Of a stretch of 64,000 bases of DNA, positions 46,545 through 55,338 are shown in pieces. The DNA lies in assembly GCA_964372205.1 (NCBI GenBank), contig CAYJQB010000001.1, positions 475,949-539,948 on the forward strand, written 5' to 3'. A program made the translations under genes and the position numbers. The stretch comes from Candidatus Woesearchaeota archaeon (GTDB lineage: Archaea; Nanobdellota; Nanobdellia; Pacearchaeales; GW2011-AR1). A model generated the notes under the pieces. That model was not told the origin of the DNA. It made no database searches and worked only from the letters and a program-made list of their open reading frames with translations. The first letter of the stretch is position 1; the number at the start of each line of letters is the position of its first letter.

Positions 46545-46632
46545 GTCCCCGTAGCTCAGCGGTTAGAGCACACGGCTGTTAAGATGTTCCTTAGAAACCG
46601 TGGGGTCGGAGGTCCGAATCCTCCCGGGGACG
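46545..46632 (+). tRNA. tRNA-Asn(GUU) with a 15-nt intron at 37/38 (46582-46596)
   Basis: GTCCCCG/CGGGGAC acceptor stem; CACGG-CT GTT A[intron]A-CCGTG; T arm GGAGG-TCCGAAT-CCTCC; TATA upstream. Confidence 0.92.
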
Positions 46633-46679
46633 TTTAATCTCCTAATAAGATTTAAATATCTATACAAAAAAGAGTTTTT

Positions 46680-47111
46680 ATGGGATTGATAGAGTTCATA
46701 GGTATCGGAGTTATAATAAGCGGAGATGACTTTCAAGATTTCTTAGATGAAAATAAACTTAGAGAAATAAAGAATAAAGACCGTGTTGGTTATCAAGGAA
46801 TGTTCAGAAGAGACTCACCTGACGCACTTGTAAGATATATCGCCGGTCTGGGAGCTAATGAAGTAGTAGGAGTCCAGCCAGAAAGCTTAGATGATCCAGA
46901 AAGAGCATATGAACTAATAAAACTTGGATATTCGGAAGATCATCTTCCGCATCCTGGCAAATTATTCATCGGAAAAGAAATCAGCCAGTTATTTGAGAAA
47001 TCTCACTCATCGGAAATTGATTTGAATGAAATACTTCCAATACTAGAAAAAGTAAGAAGAGATATTCCAAAAGCGAGAGTTTTCGTCTACAGAAATGACA
47101 GATATGATTAA
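46680..47111 (+). CDS. Hypothetical protein
   Basis: 143-aa ORF with TATA tttaaata about 25 nt upstream. Confidence 0.7.
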   Translation: MGLIEFIGIGVIISGDDFQDFLDENKLREIKNKDRVGYQGMFRRDSPDALVRYIAGLGANEVVGVQPESLDDPERAYELIKLGYSEDHLPHPGKLFIGKEISQLFEKSHSSEIDLNEILPILEKVRRDIPKARVFVYRNDRYD

Positions 47112-47131
47112 AACTCTCGGATTCTCCATAT

Positions 47132-48220
47132 ATGATCATGAAAAACAAAACTGTCCTGTTGGGAATGTCAGGAGGTGTGGACTCCTCTGTAGCAGCACTT
47201 CTATTAAAGAAACAGGGATACAAAGTCATTGGAGCATTCATGATAAATTTCTCCGACAAAAACAAGTTAACAGGAGAATGTAATTGGGTAGAAGATAGAA
47301 ATGACGCTAATAGGATTGCTGCAATTTTGGAAATACCTCTTATCACTTTAAATTTCGAAAAAGAATACAGAAAACAAGTCTTAAAGCCTATGTTTGATGC
47401 ATACGAAAAAGGTCTTACACCTAACCCCGACTCTCTATGTAATACAGTAATCAAATTTCCGCTACTTTGGAAAGAAGCTGAAAGATTAGGTACAGACTAC
47501 ATTGCTACAGGACACTATGCAAAAATAACAAGAAAGAAATCAGGATTTGAGTTATCAATACCAAAAGACAAAAACAAAGATCAGACTTATTTTCTATATG
47601 ATTTATCCCAAAATGACCTCTCACACACCATTTTTCCACTGTCTAATCTTACAAAAGATGAAGTTAGAAAGATTGCAAAAAAGAACAAATTCCCCAACTT
47701 TGACAAACAGGGTTCTAGAGGTATATGTTTTGTTGGAAAGACAAATATCAAATCATTTCTCCAACAAAAAATAAAAATAAAGAAAGGGAAGATACTTTCT
47801 CCTGAAGGCAAAGACATAGGTTCACATCAGGGAGTGATGTTTTATACTATCGGAGAAAAAATACGTCCGACAATCGGAACAGAAATAATAAAAGGCGCAC
47901 TATCTGATAAAAGATGGTATGTAGCAAAGAAGAACATTAAAACAAACACTATAATTGCTGCTCCTGAAGGGCATCCTTCTCTCTTAAAAGATTCTTTTGG
48001 AATAAAGAAAATGCACTGGATACTGGATTCTCCAAAGTTTCCACTGAATTGTAAGATAAGAATTAGGCATCTAGGTGATTTGATAGACGCAAAGATAACA
48101 AAAAAATCAGGACATGTCTGCAAATTAAGAAAGTCTATAACAAGTATTGCAGAAGGTCAATCGGCGGTAATATACTCAAAAAACAAAGTATTAGGTGGAG
48201 GAATAATAACAGACTCCTAA
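47132..48220 (+). CDS. mnmA: tRNA 2-thiouridine(34) synthase MnmA (bacterial type)
   Basis: MSGGVDSSVAA, TPNPDSLCN, IATGHYA, KDQTYFL, GICFVG, GQSAVIY...LGGG. Confidence 0.95.
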   Translation: MIMKNKTVLLGMSGGVDSSVAALLLKKQGYKVIGAFMINFSDKNKLTGECNWVEDRNDANRIAAILEIPLITLNFEKEYRKQVLKPMFDAYEKGLTPNPDSLCNTVIKFPLLWKEAERLGTDYIATGHYAKITRKKSGFELSIPKDKNKDQTYFLYDLSQNDLSHTIFPLSNLTKDEVRKIAKKNKFPNFDKQGSRGICFVGKTNIKSFLQQKIKIKKGKILSPEGKDIGSHQGVMFYTIGEKIRPTIGTEIIKGALSDKRWYVAKKNIKTNTIIAAPEGHPSLLKDSFGIKKMHWILDSPKFPLNCKIRIRHLGDLIDAKITKKSGHVCKLRKSITSIAEGQSAVIYSKNKVLGGGIITDS

Positions 48221-48251
48221 CATTTTTATACTTCCCAATCTATCTACAGAA

Positions 48252-48794
48252 ATGAAGTTTGATGAGGTTATAGAAAAGAGGTATTCTGTGAGAGAATTCA
48301 GCTCTAAGAATGTAAAATGGGCAGATATTCTTGAAGCAATTGATTCTGCTTTGAAAGCTCCCTTTGCGGGAAACATCAATCACCTAAAATTTCTGATAGT
48401 TGAGAACGAAAATTCAAAGAAAGTCGTAGCCCAGAATTGTCAACAACTCTGGATTGCTGATGCAAAGTTCATAGTTCTAGCCTGTTCCGATTACACACAC
48501 TTAGAAGATATGTACGACTTACGAGGCTCTATTTACGGAAGACAGCAAGCAGGAGCGGCGATAGAGAATTTCTTGCTTAAAATAACAGATTTAGGTTTAG
48601 CAAGCTGTTGGGTTGGAGCATATGCAGATGAGCTAATTAAACAACATCTAAAAATCCCAGACCACCTCCAGATTGAAGCAATTCTTCCAGTAGGATATAA
48701 AAAAGCTATTGCGAAATCAAAACAAAAAAGAAAAATTTCCTTGGAAAACGCAATTATGTGGGAAAAATGGGGTCAAACTAAAAAACCAGAGTAA
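48252..48794 (+). CDS. Nitroreductase-family protein
   Basis: RYSVREF, APFAGN, AAIENFLL...GLASCWVGA, PVGY. Confidence 0.9.
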   Translation: MKFDEVIEKRYSVREFSSKNVKWADILEAIDSALKAPFAGNINHLKFLIVENENSKKVVAQNCQQLWIADAKFIVLACSDYTHLEDMYDLRGSIYGRQQAGAAIENFLLKITDLGLASCWVGAYADELIKQHLKIPDHLQIEAILPVGYKKAIAKSKQKRKISLENAIMWEKWGQTKKPE

Positions 48795-48839
48795 TTGTAA
48801 AAAAATAAAAAGGAAGTAAAAAAAAGAAACTTCCTGCAG

Positions 48840-49925
48840 TTATCTAAACACTTCAATGCCTAAATCGGACATTTCAGATGAAGGTCTTGCAGCACTATCA
48901 CTATGGATTTCTCTTCCCAAGACATAAGGAGATTTGACTCCAGTCATAATCGTGATGACTCTGACTTTTCCACCAAATTCCTTGTTGATTCTTGCACCCA
49001 TGATTACCTGAGCATCAGGACTCAAATTTTCTGTGACTAATTGTCCAATTCCAGAGAATTCGTCCAGCTTAAAGTCAGGACCACAAGTGATATGGATAAG
49101 TGCTCCAGTTGCGCCTTTATAGTCTACATCCAATAAAGGATGAGTAAGTGCTTGCCTGACAGCTTCTTCAACTCTATGTTGATGTCCATCAGCTTCACCA
49201 ACGCCAATAACTGCTACGTCGCCTCCTCGCATAATTGCAGAAACGTCAGCATAGTCAAGGTTAATCAATGATGGCAGAGTAATTGTTTCCACAATTCCCT
49301 TGATCATTGTACTGACCAGCTCATTAGCGACTGCAAATGCCTGCTCCATAGGCAAGTTACCAGCAATATCAACAAGACGATTGTTATCAATCACAATAAC
49401 AGTGTCTGTAACTTCTCTTAGCTCATGTAGAGCAAATTCTGCCTTGTCAATTCTGGCTTTTTCACACTCAAAAGGCATGGTAACACATCCGATAACAACA
49501 GCTCCACTCTCTTTGGCAAGTTGCGCAATAACAGGTGACGCACCACTTCCAGTACCTCCACCCATACCTGAACAAACGAATACCATATCGGCTCCTCCAG
49601 CAGCTTTCTTAAGCTCTGATAAGGCTTCCTTAGCAGCTTCTCTTCCTTTTTGAGGATATCCACCAGCACCAAGACCTCTTGTAAGCTCCTTTCCGATTAG
49701 GATCTTCTCATCAGCTTTGGTAATACTAAGGTGTAATGCGTCAGTATTCACTCCATAGATTGTAGCTCCATTGATTCCTTTATTGAAAAGCCATGTAATT
49801 GTGTTACATCCAGCTCCTCCAGTTCCGAAAACCTTGATGTTGGCTTTTCCAGCCCTCAATTCATCAAAATTAATACTGTAAGCACTGGTCTTTTCAATAG
49901 CCTCTTTTGCAAAATCTAGAACCAT
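48840..49925 (-). CDS. ftsZ: Cell division protein FtsZ
   Basis: GTGGAGCN, NTDA, TRGLGAGG, GMGGGTGSG, INLDYAD. Confidence 0.97.
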   Translation of the reverse strand: MVLDFAKEAIEKTSAYSINFDELRAGKANIKVFGTGGAGCNTITWLFNKGINGATIYGVNTDALHLSITKADEKILIGKELTRGLGAGGYPQKGREAAKEALSELKKAAGGADMVFVCSGMGGGTGSGASPVIAQLAKESGAVVIGCVTMPFECEKARIDKAEFALHELREVTDTVIVIDNNRLVDIAGNLPMEQAFAVANELVSTMIKGIVETITLPSLINLDYADVSAIMRGGDVAVIGVGEADGHQHRVEEAVRQALTHPLLDVDYKGATGALIHITCGPDFKLDEFSGIGQLVTENLSPDAQVIMGARINKEFGGKVRVITIMTGVKSPYVLGREIHSDSAARPSSEMSDLGIEVFR

Positions 49926-49941
49926 ATATCTTTTTCTTTCT

Positions 49942-49956
49942 ACCTCCTTTCAGTAA
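49942..49956 (-). promoter_or_regulatory. Extended Shine-Dalgarno/leader motif TTACTGAAAGGAGGT of ftsZ
   Basis: Identical to 12336-12350. Confidence 0.7.
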
Positions 49957-50015
49957 TTGAAATAAAACGAACGTGATTTACTTTAAATATTTGATTGTAG
50001 TCAAGAAAATGCTTT

Positions 50016-51011
50016 TTATCTACTTTTTACAAAACTTTCGGCCACCAAAATAGGAAAAAGGATGGTTGCATCTCCAAAAATCTTGATACTTTTTGCTCCA
50101 GACTTAATCTTACCCCAGCTTATAGCTTCTTCTGGTAAAGCTCCAGAATCAGAAGCATCATACTCTACAGAAGTATTTATGTAAACAGCATAGTCTGCTC
50201 CGTTTCTAAGCATATTTGCGTTTAAAATGCAATGCTTAACAACTCCTGCTCCGAGAACAATCACTCCGGACTTCTCCAAACCTATAGTAGTGTTATTGAA
50301 TTCAACAACATCCTCAGCCACATCCAACACAAAATCAGGATGTTTAAACTTGAAAAAATAAATATTATCTCCAAGCGCCCCATCAAGCAAGGCTGGGCAA
50401 TACACTCGTATTCCATTCTTCCATGCCCAGTAATATACGCTACTTTCATCATTTATCTTCTTTCCCATTTTGTAAATAATCTCACTCGCTCTTGTTGCAT
50501 TTCCTGTTTTCTTTTGCTCCTGATACAACTCTTCAAGTATCGGCTGAAAGAACTTCTCAAAATCAACATATCTGTTATTTGGTGCAAAGATATTTCCAAT
50601 CCTATTAATCCCTTTTTCTCTCAAATCATTTCCAGAAGCTCTGAAATCACCAATATAGAAATCTCCAAGACACTTTATTATATCTTCTTCAATACCTCCA
50701 GCAGTTGTAACAAGCACATTAACTTTCTTATGTTTAGTAAGCCAGCGAATTATCTCTCTATTTCCAGAAGAAATCATATTGGAAGTATACCCTAAAAATA
50801 TGAAAGCTCCATCTGCAATCATATCCTCCACAATCCCAATCGCCTTAGAAAATTCAGTTGCCTGAGCTCCGGAACTCGCGAAGCTATCAATAATCCCTGC
50901 GTAATCAACTCCATTATCAAAATCGTATCCCTGAACCTTTACTCCAGAAATCTCCGAGCTCTCTCTAAGTAGATTTTCCCTAGCAGTCTTTTCGTAATCC
51001 TTATCTCCCAT
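50016..51011 (-). CDS. dys: Deoxyhypusine synthase
   Basis: FLGYTSNMISSG, VTTAGGIEEDIIK, INRIGN, GAGVVKH, EAISWGK. Confidence 0.96.
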   Translation of the reverse strand: MGDKDYEKTARENLLRESSEISGVKVQGYDFDNGVDYAGIIDSFASSGAQATEFSKAIGIVEDMIADGAFIFLGYTSNMISSGNREIIRWLTKHKKVNVLVTTAGGIEEDIIKCLGDFYIGDFRASGNDLREKGINRIGNIFAPNNRYVDFEKFFQPILEELYQEQKKTGNATRASEIIYKMGKKINDESSVYYWAWKNGIRVYCPALLDGALGDNIYFFKFKHPDFVLDVAEDVVEFNNTTIGLEKSGVIVLGAGVVKHCILNANMLRNGADYAVYINTSVEYDASDSGALPEEAISWGKIKSGAKSIKIFGDATILFPILVAESFVKSR

Positions 51012-51079
51012 AGAAAACCAACAAAAATACTCTTTTTAAAACTGCCTAAATCAACAATAAGCGAAATAAAACTTCAAAT

Positions 51080-52132
51080 TCATATTTCTTTTACTCCTAA
51101 CCTATTCATTACCTCATTAAAATCTTTCTTCAGAAAATATGCTCCTGCAGCAGGTCTATGACCTCCTCCACTCGCACCCTCCAATCCGGATATAAGTTTT
51201 CTTACAAAAATCCCCATATCAATTCTTGCATTCTGGCATCTTGCGCTTACTGAATATCCTTCTTCTTTCTCGCTGATAATCAGGATTACCTTATCAGGAT
51301 AACCTGAGCTAATAAGATTGCTTATTATAGACCCCAAACTGAATTTAGGAGTGGAAACGAATACATATCCTTCGCTAAACTCTTTCTTCTGCTCTTCAAA
51401 TTTTAATAAATAACTATCTATTTCTCCCTGAATATTAGCAACATGTTCGCCAATATCGCCTATATCTCCAAAGCTGTCTCCTATTGCATCAAAAACTTTT
51501 TTTAGATTATCCTTAAAATAGATTGTGGCTAGGGCGATATCCCACTGCAACTTATAAATCTTAGACTTCTTAACATCCTCATAAACAAAACCAATTCTTT
51601 CAGAAAATTTAGTTTCATCTTCATATTTTGCAAAAACTGTCTTCATCCAATCAGCATTCTTGACGTTACAAAAATCTGCAATACAAGAGCAAGCCACCAA
51701 CCAATCTAGTTTTTCTATATCCTTTGTTTTTCCAAAAAGCTCATAGCATAAATAAGTTGCACAATACCCTTCTTCAGCTTTGATAAATACAGTTTTTTTA
51801 GAGTTCCAATCTTTAATTGCAGGATGATGATCTAATATCAAAATACCTTCCATAAAACTCTCCAGAATCTTAAGAACTTCCCCTCTTTCTACATACAAAT
51901 CTGAAAAGATTATTTTATTATATCCGTCAATCTTTAACTGCTCTGCAAGAACTTCATCAATCTCATTATATTGTAAAAATTTAACTGTATCTGCCCCCAC
52001 AACACTGTTTATTACTTTGGCTGCACCAATCCCATCTAAATCTGTATGACTTATCAGAGCAATCTTATCTTTATCGTTCAAATTTGATATAAAATCAAAA
52101 AATCTTTCCTCTTGTCCTATCTCGAGTTTCAT
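51080..52132 (-). CDS. DHH/DHHA1 phosphoesterase (RecJ/NrnA-like)
   Basis: HTDLDG, FSDL, LDHH, GGGHRPAAG; start moved to 52132 (ATGA overlap). Confidence 0.9.
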   Translation of the reverse strand: MKLEIGQEERFFDFISNLNDKDKIALISHTDLDGIGAAKVINSVVGADTVKFLQYNEIDEVLAEQLKIDGYNKIIFSDLYVERGEVLKILESFMEGILILDHHPAIKDWNSKKTVFIKAEEGYCATYLCYELFGKTKDIEKLDWLVACSCIADFCNVKNADWMKTVFAKYEDETKFSERIGFVYEDVKKSKIYKLQWDIALATIYFKDNLKKVFDAIGDSFGDIGDIGEHVANIQGEIDSYLLKFEEQKKEFSEGYVFVSTPKFSLGSIISNLISSGYPDKVILIISEKEEGYSVSARCQNARIDMGIFVRKLISGLEGASGGGHRPAAGAYFLKKDFNEVMNRLGVKEI

Positions 52133-52794
52133 TCTTTCTCCAATACCTCTGCCCTTAGGCCTTTTTCTCTGCATATCTCCACAAAATTCTTCGCATCCTC
52201 AACACTTCCAACAACTCCTGCTCCGTAATGCATCGGAATAACCAAATCAGGGCTTATAGTAGAAGCAGCTTCAGCAGCTTCCTCTGGGTCCATCACATAA
52301 GTCCCACTCACAGGAAGCATAGCGACGAATTCATTCCCATGTTTTCCATACCCTGAAAGCTTCTGCATTTCAGGTATAAAATCTGAATCGCCTGCATGAT
52401 AAATCACCACATTGCCCATCTTAATTATGTATCCAATCCAACCCTCGCTTTTAGGATGAAAATCTTTGCTCTTATTGTATGCCGCGATTGTCTCAATCTT
52501 TATATTTCCAAACTCCAGTTTGTCTCCCACTTCCACAATGTTCATATCTACCCCTTCAACTTTCAATATCTTGCTCTGACAATCTGCAGTAGCTATAATA
52601 AGAGTCCCATCTTTTGATAGTTTCTCAATATCCTTAATACTACAATGATCGTAGTGACTATGGGTAATGAGAATCATGTCCGCCTTTTCCACCTTATTTG
52701 AGACATTATAGGGATCTATAACAATCTTCTTTCCGTTTGAAATCATGAAGCCAGAATGTCCCAAAAATTTGATATCTATATTGCCTACCTTCAT
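52129..52794 (-). CDS. Metallo-beta-lactamase-fold hydrolase
   Basis: LGHSGF, THSHYDH, YHAGD, IPMHY. Confidence 0.92.
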   Translation of the reverse strand: MKVGNIDIKFLGHSGFMISNGKKIVIDPYNVSNKVEKADMILITHSHYDHCSIKDIEKLSKDGTLIIATADCQSKILKVEGVDMNIVEVGDKLEFGNIKIETIAAYNKSKDFHPKSEGWIGYIIKMGNVVIYHAGDSDFIPEMQKLSGYGKHGNEFVAMLPVSGTYVMDPEEAAEAASTISPDLVIPMHYGAGVVGSVEDAKNFVEICREKGLRAEVLEKE

Positions 52795-52844
52795 TTTAAT
52801 CAGGGCTCAAAGATATTTTTAAAGTTAATGATTCTATACAAAGG

Positions 52845-53471
52845 TTACCATATTTTTCTTTCAATCTTCCTTGCTCTGAAAATAGGTATTTGAAATAATA
52901 TGAGAGTAGTAATCATAATCATCAAGAAAAAAGTTCCTATCCAAAGTAAAGGATAAACAGCTCCAAACTCAATATTTCCACAAAAAGTCTTCACACAGTT
53001 GATATTGGTGTCAGGCACAGAAATTCTTCCAACCACAAAAAGAGCTACCACATAAATAAATCCAACTTTCCAAAAATCAAATCTGTCTATCTTCATCAAA
53101 TAGAGAGTATACAATGCTAAAGGAACTGTAAAAAAGTGCTGCAAGCTGATTATGCTTGAGAAAAGTGGAAAATATCCTGTAAAATAGTAATCAGTTATTC
53201 CGAACAAAGAAATTCCCGTAAAAAATCTATAAACAAAATCAATATCCCATACAATCAATGGTATTGCCAATACAGCGACTTGGCTTGCAGTGAAATAACT
53301 ATTCTTGGAAAGTATTCCTATTCCTAATATGATAAGCCCTAGATAACAAAACCAAAGCACTTGCCCTGCCCCAAACATATATATTCCATGCCCTGTGGCA
53401 GCAAGTCCCCAAACGAGAAATAGTGCTCCCATCGCAAGCAAAATTGTATCTTTTGTTTTCTCTTTCATCAA
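52845..53471 (-). CDS. Polytopic membrane protein
   Basis: About 6 TM; LWFCY, GITDY and NINC motifs. Confidence 0.75.
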   Translation of the reverse strand: MMKEKTKDTILLAMGALFLVWGLAATGHGIYMFGAGQVLWFCYLGLIILGIGILSKNSYFTASQVAVLAIPLIVWDIDFVYRFFTGISLFGITDYYFTGYFPLFSSIISLQHFFTVPLALYTLYLMKIDRFDFWKVGFIYVVALFVVGRISVPDTNINCVKTFCGNIEFGAVYPLLWIGTFFLMIMITTLILFQIPIFRARKIERKIW

Positions 53472-53510
53472 CTTATAAAAACATTTGAATATAAAAGAAT
53501 AACTAAGAGA

Positions 53511-53783
53511 TTACCACTCAATCTTTTCTACATCTTTCGAGTCATACATCAGTCCGTTGAACTCATAGAAGGTGATAGTCTCTTCAACCTGATCGTCAAA
53601 ATACCTTATCTGGTAATCGCTGTCTTCTTTCTTAGGGTCGAAAACTTCTATAGCCATCTCCTTAGTTGTCTTGTGATCTATCAATACATAATGGGCATCT
53701 ACTTCGTAGGGTTTCCCATCTACCTTAACAACATCTCCCTTCTTAACCTGCGAAATAGGCTTTGAAGCTTTTACTTTCACCAT
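53511..53783 (-). CDS. Hypothetical protein (small beta-rich)
   Basis: 90-aa ORF with an upstream TATA. Confidence 0.7.
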   Translation of the reverse strand: MVKVKASKPISQVKKGDVVKVDGKPYEVDAHYVLIDHKTTKEMAIEVFDPKKEDSDYQIRYFDDQVEETITFYEFNGLMYDSKDVEKIEW

Positions 53784-53955
53784 GGCACTTCAAAATAATT
53801 TTTGGTTTTTAAGCTTTATGAAAAAAATGAAAGAATGATGCTCCTTCTCCGAAAACATAGTTTTAAATACCCTCAGATAAGCAAATGTCTATTACGTGTG
53901 AGAGAAATAAGCGAATAGCATCTATTTCTCCTTTAATACTGTAAGAAAAAATAAA

Positions 53956-55338
53956 ATGAAAACCTTTAAGGAATTGGGACTTAGCTCCAAGATTACAAAT
54001 TTACTGGATAGTCTGAACTTGGTCACTCCAACAGAAATTCAAGAAAAGGCGATTCCTGTTGCATTGCAAGGAAAAGACATTATTGGAAGTTCAGCTACAG
54101 GTTCTGGAAAAACTTTAGCATTTGGTCTTCCTATAATAGAAAAAATCGAAAAAGGAAAAGGAATTCAAACATTAATTCTAACACCTACAAGAGAACTTGC
54201 AGACCAGGTAACAAAGGTTATAAGAAAAATAACTAAAGAATATGGCTTTGTAGTCACAGAAATTTATGGTGGAGTTGGGATGGAAAGACAGATACACGAA
54301 TTAAGAAAATCAGAAATTGTCGTTGGAACTCCTGGAAGAATCCTTGATCATCTAAACAGAAGAACTCTTGATGTATTTGATCTCAAAGTCCTAATATTAG
54401 ATGAAGCAGACAGGATGTCTGACATGGGATTCCTCCCTGATGTCGAGAGAATAATTTCTACATGTCCTAAAAAAAGACAGACTATGCTATTTTCTGCTAC
54501 AATTTCCCCTGATGTTGCCTATATAGAAAAGAAATATATGATATCCCCAGTTTACATTTCTGTAGAGTCTTACGTTGATGCCTCACATCTACATCAATTC
54601 TACTACGACTCTCCAAGAAACCAAAAATTCTCTCTCCTAGTGCACCTTCTCAAACAAGAAAGCTCAAAATTAGTTATGATATTCTGCAACACAAGAAAGA
54701 ATTCAGACATGCTAGCAAATAATCTTAAAAGATATGGACTTGACGCGCAGGCTATTCACGGAGGCCTAGCTCAAAATAAAAGAAATAAGTTAATGGAAGG
54801 ATTCCATACTGGAAACATCCAAATCTTAGTATGCACAGATGTAGCTGCAAGAGGTTTAGACGTGAAAGGAATTTCTCATGTTTACAATTATGACCTTCCT
54901 TCAAATTCTGCAGACTACATCCATAGAGTTGGAAGAACTGCAAGAGCTGGAAAAGAGGGAATGGCTGTAAGCATAGTGACTGACAAAGATTATGATAACT
55001 TCAGAAGAATAATGCAAAATCCTGATCTCAAAATTGAAAAAAAAGAGCTTCCACAATTTGAAGAAATTCAAGTGCATTTCAGAGACCAAGGATACGGCAG
55101 AGATAGCACTGGCGGAGACAGAAGAAGGTTCAATACAGTCAGAGGTGGAAGAAGACCTTCAGGAAGCTTCAACAGAGGCTCAAGAAGTGGAAGCAGAGAC
55201 GGTCCAAGAAGAAGCTTTGGAGGAAATAGGGGCTCTTCTGGTTCAAGATTTGGAAATAGAAGTGGAAGCAGAGATAGCGGTAGGCGAGATAATAGAAGTA
55301 GAGGTAGAAGTTTTTCTAGTAGACCGCAAAGATACTAA
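53956..55338 (+). CDS. DEAD-box RNA helicase with Arg/Gly/Ser-rich tail
   Basis: Q motif, ATGSGKT, PTRELA, TPGR, DEAD, SAT, ARGLD, HRVGRTAR. Confidence 0.97.
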   Translation: MKTFKELGLSSKITNLLDSLNLVTPTEIQEKAIPVALQGKDIIGSSATGSGKTLAFGLPIIEKIEKGKGIQTLILTPTRELADQVTKVIRKITKEYGFVVTEIYGGVGMERQIHELRKSEIVVGTPGRILDHLNRRTLDVFDLKVLILDEADRMSDMGFLPDVERIISTCPKKRQTMLFSATISPDVAYIEKKYMISPVYISVESYVDASHLHQFYYDSPRNQKFSLLVHLLKQESSKLVMIFCNTRKNSDMLANNLKRYGLDAQAIHGGLAQNKRNKLMEGFHTGNIQILVCTDVAARGLDVKGISHVYNYDLPSNSADYIHRVGRTARAGKEGMAVSIVTDKDYDNFRRIMQNPDLKIEKKELPQFEEIQVHFRDQGYGRDSTGGDRRRFNTVRGGRRPSGSFNRGSRSGSRDGPRRSFGGNRGSSGSRFGNRSGSRDSGRRDNRSRGRSFSSRPQRY

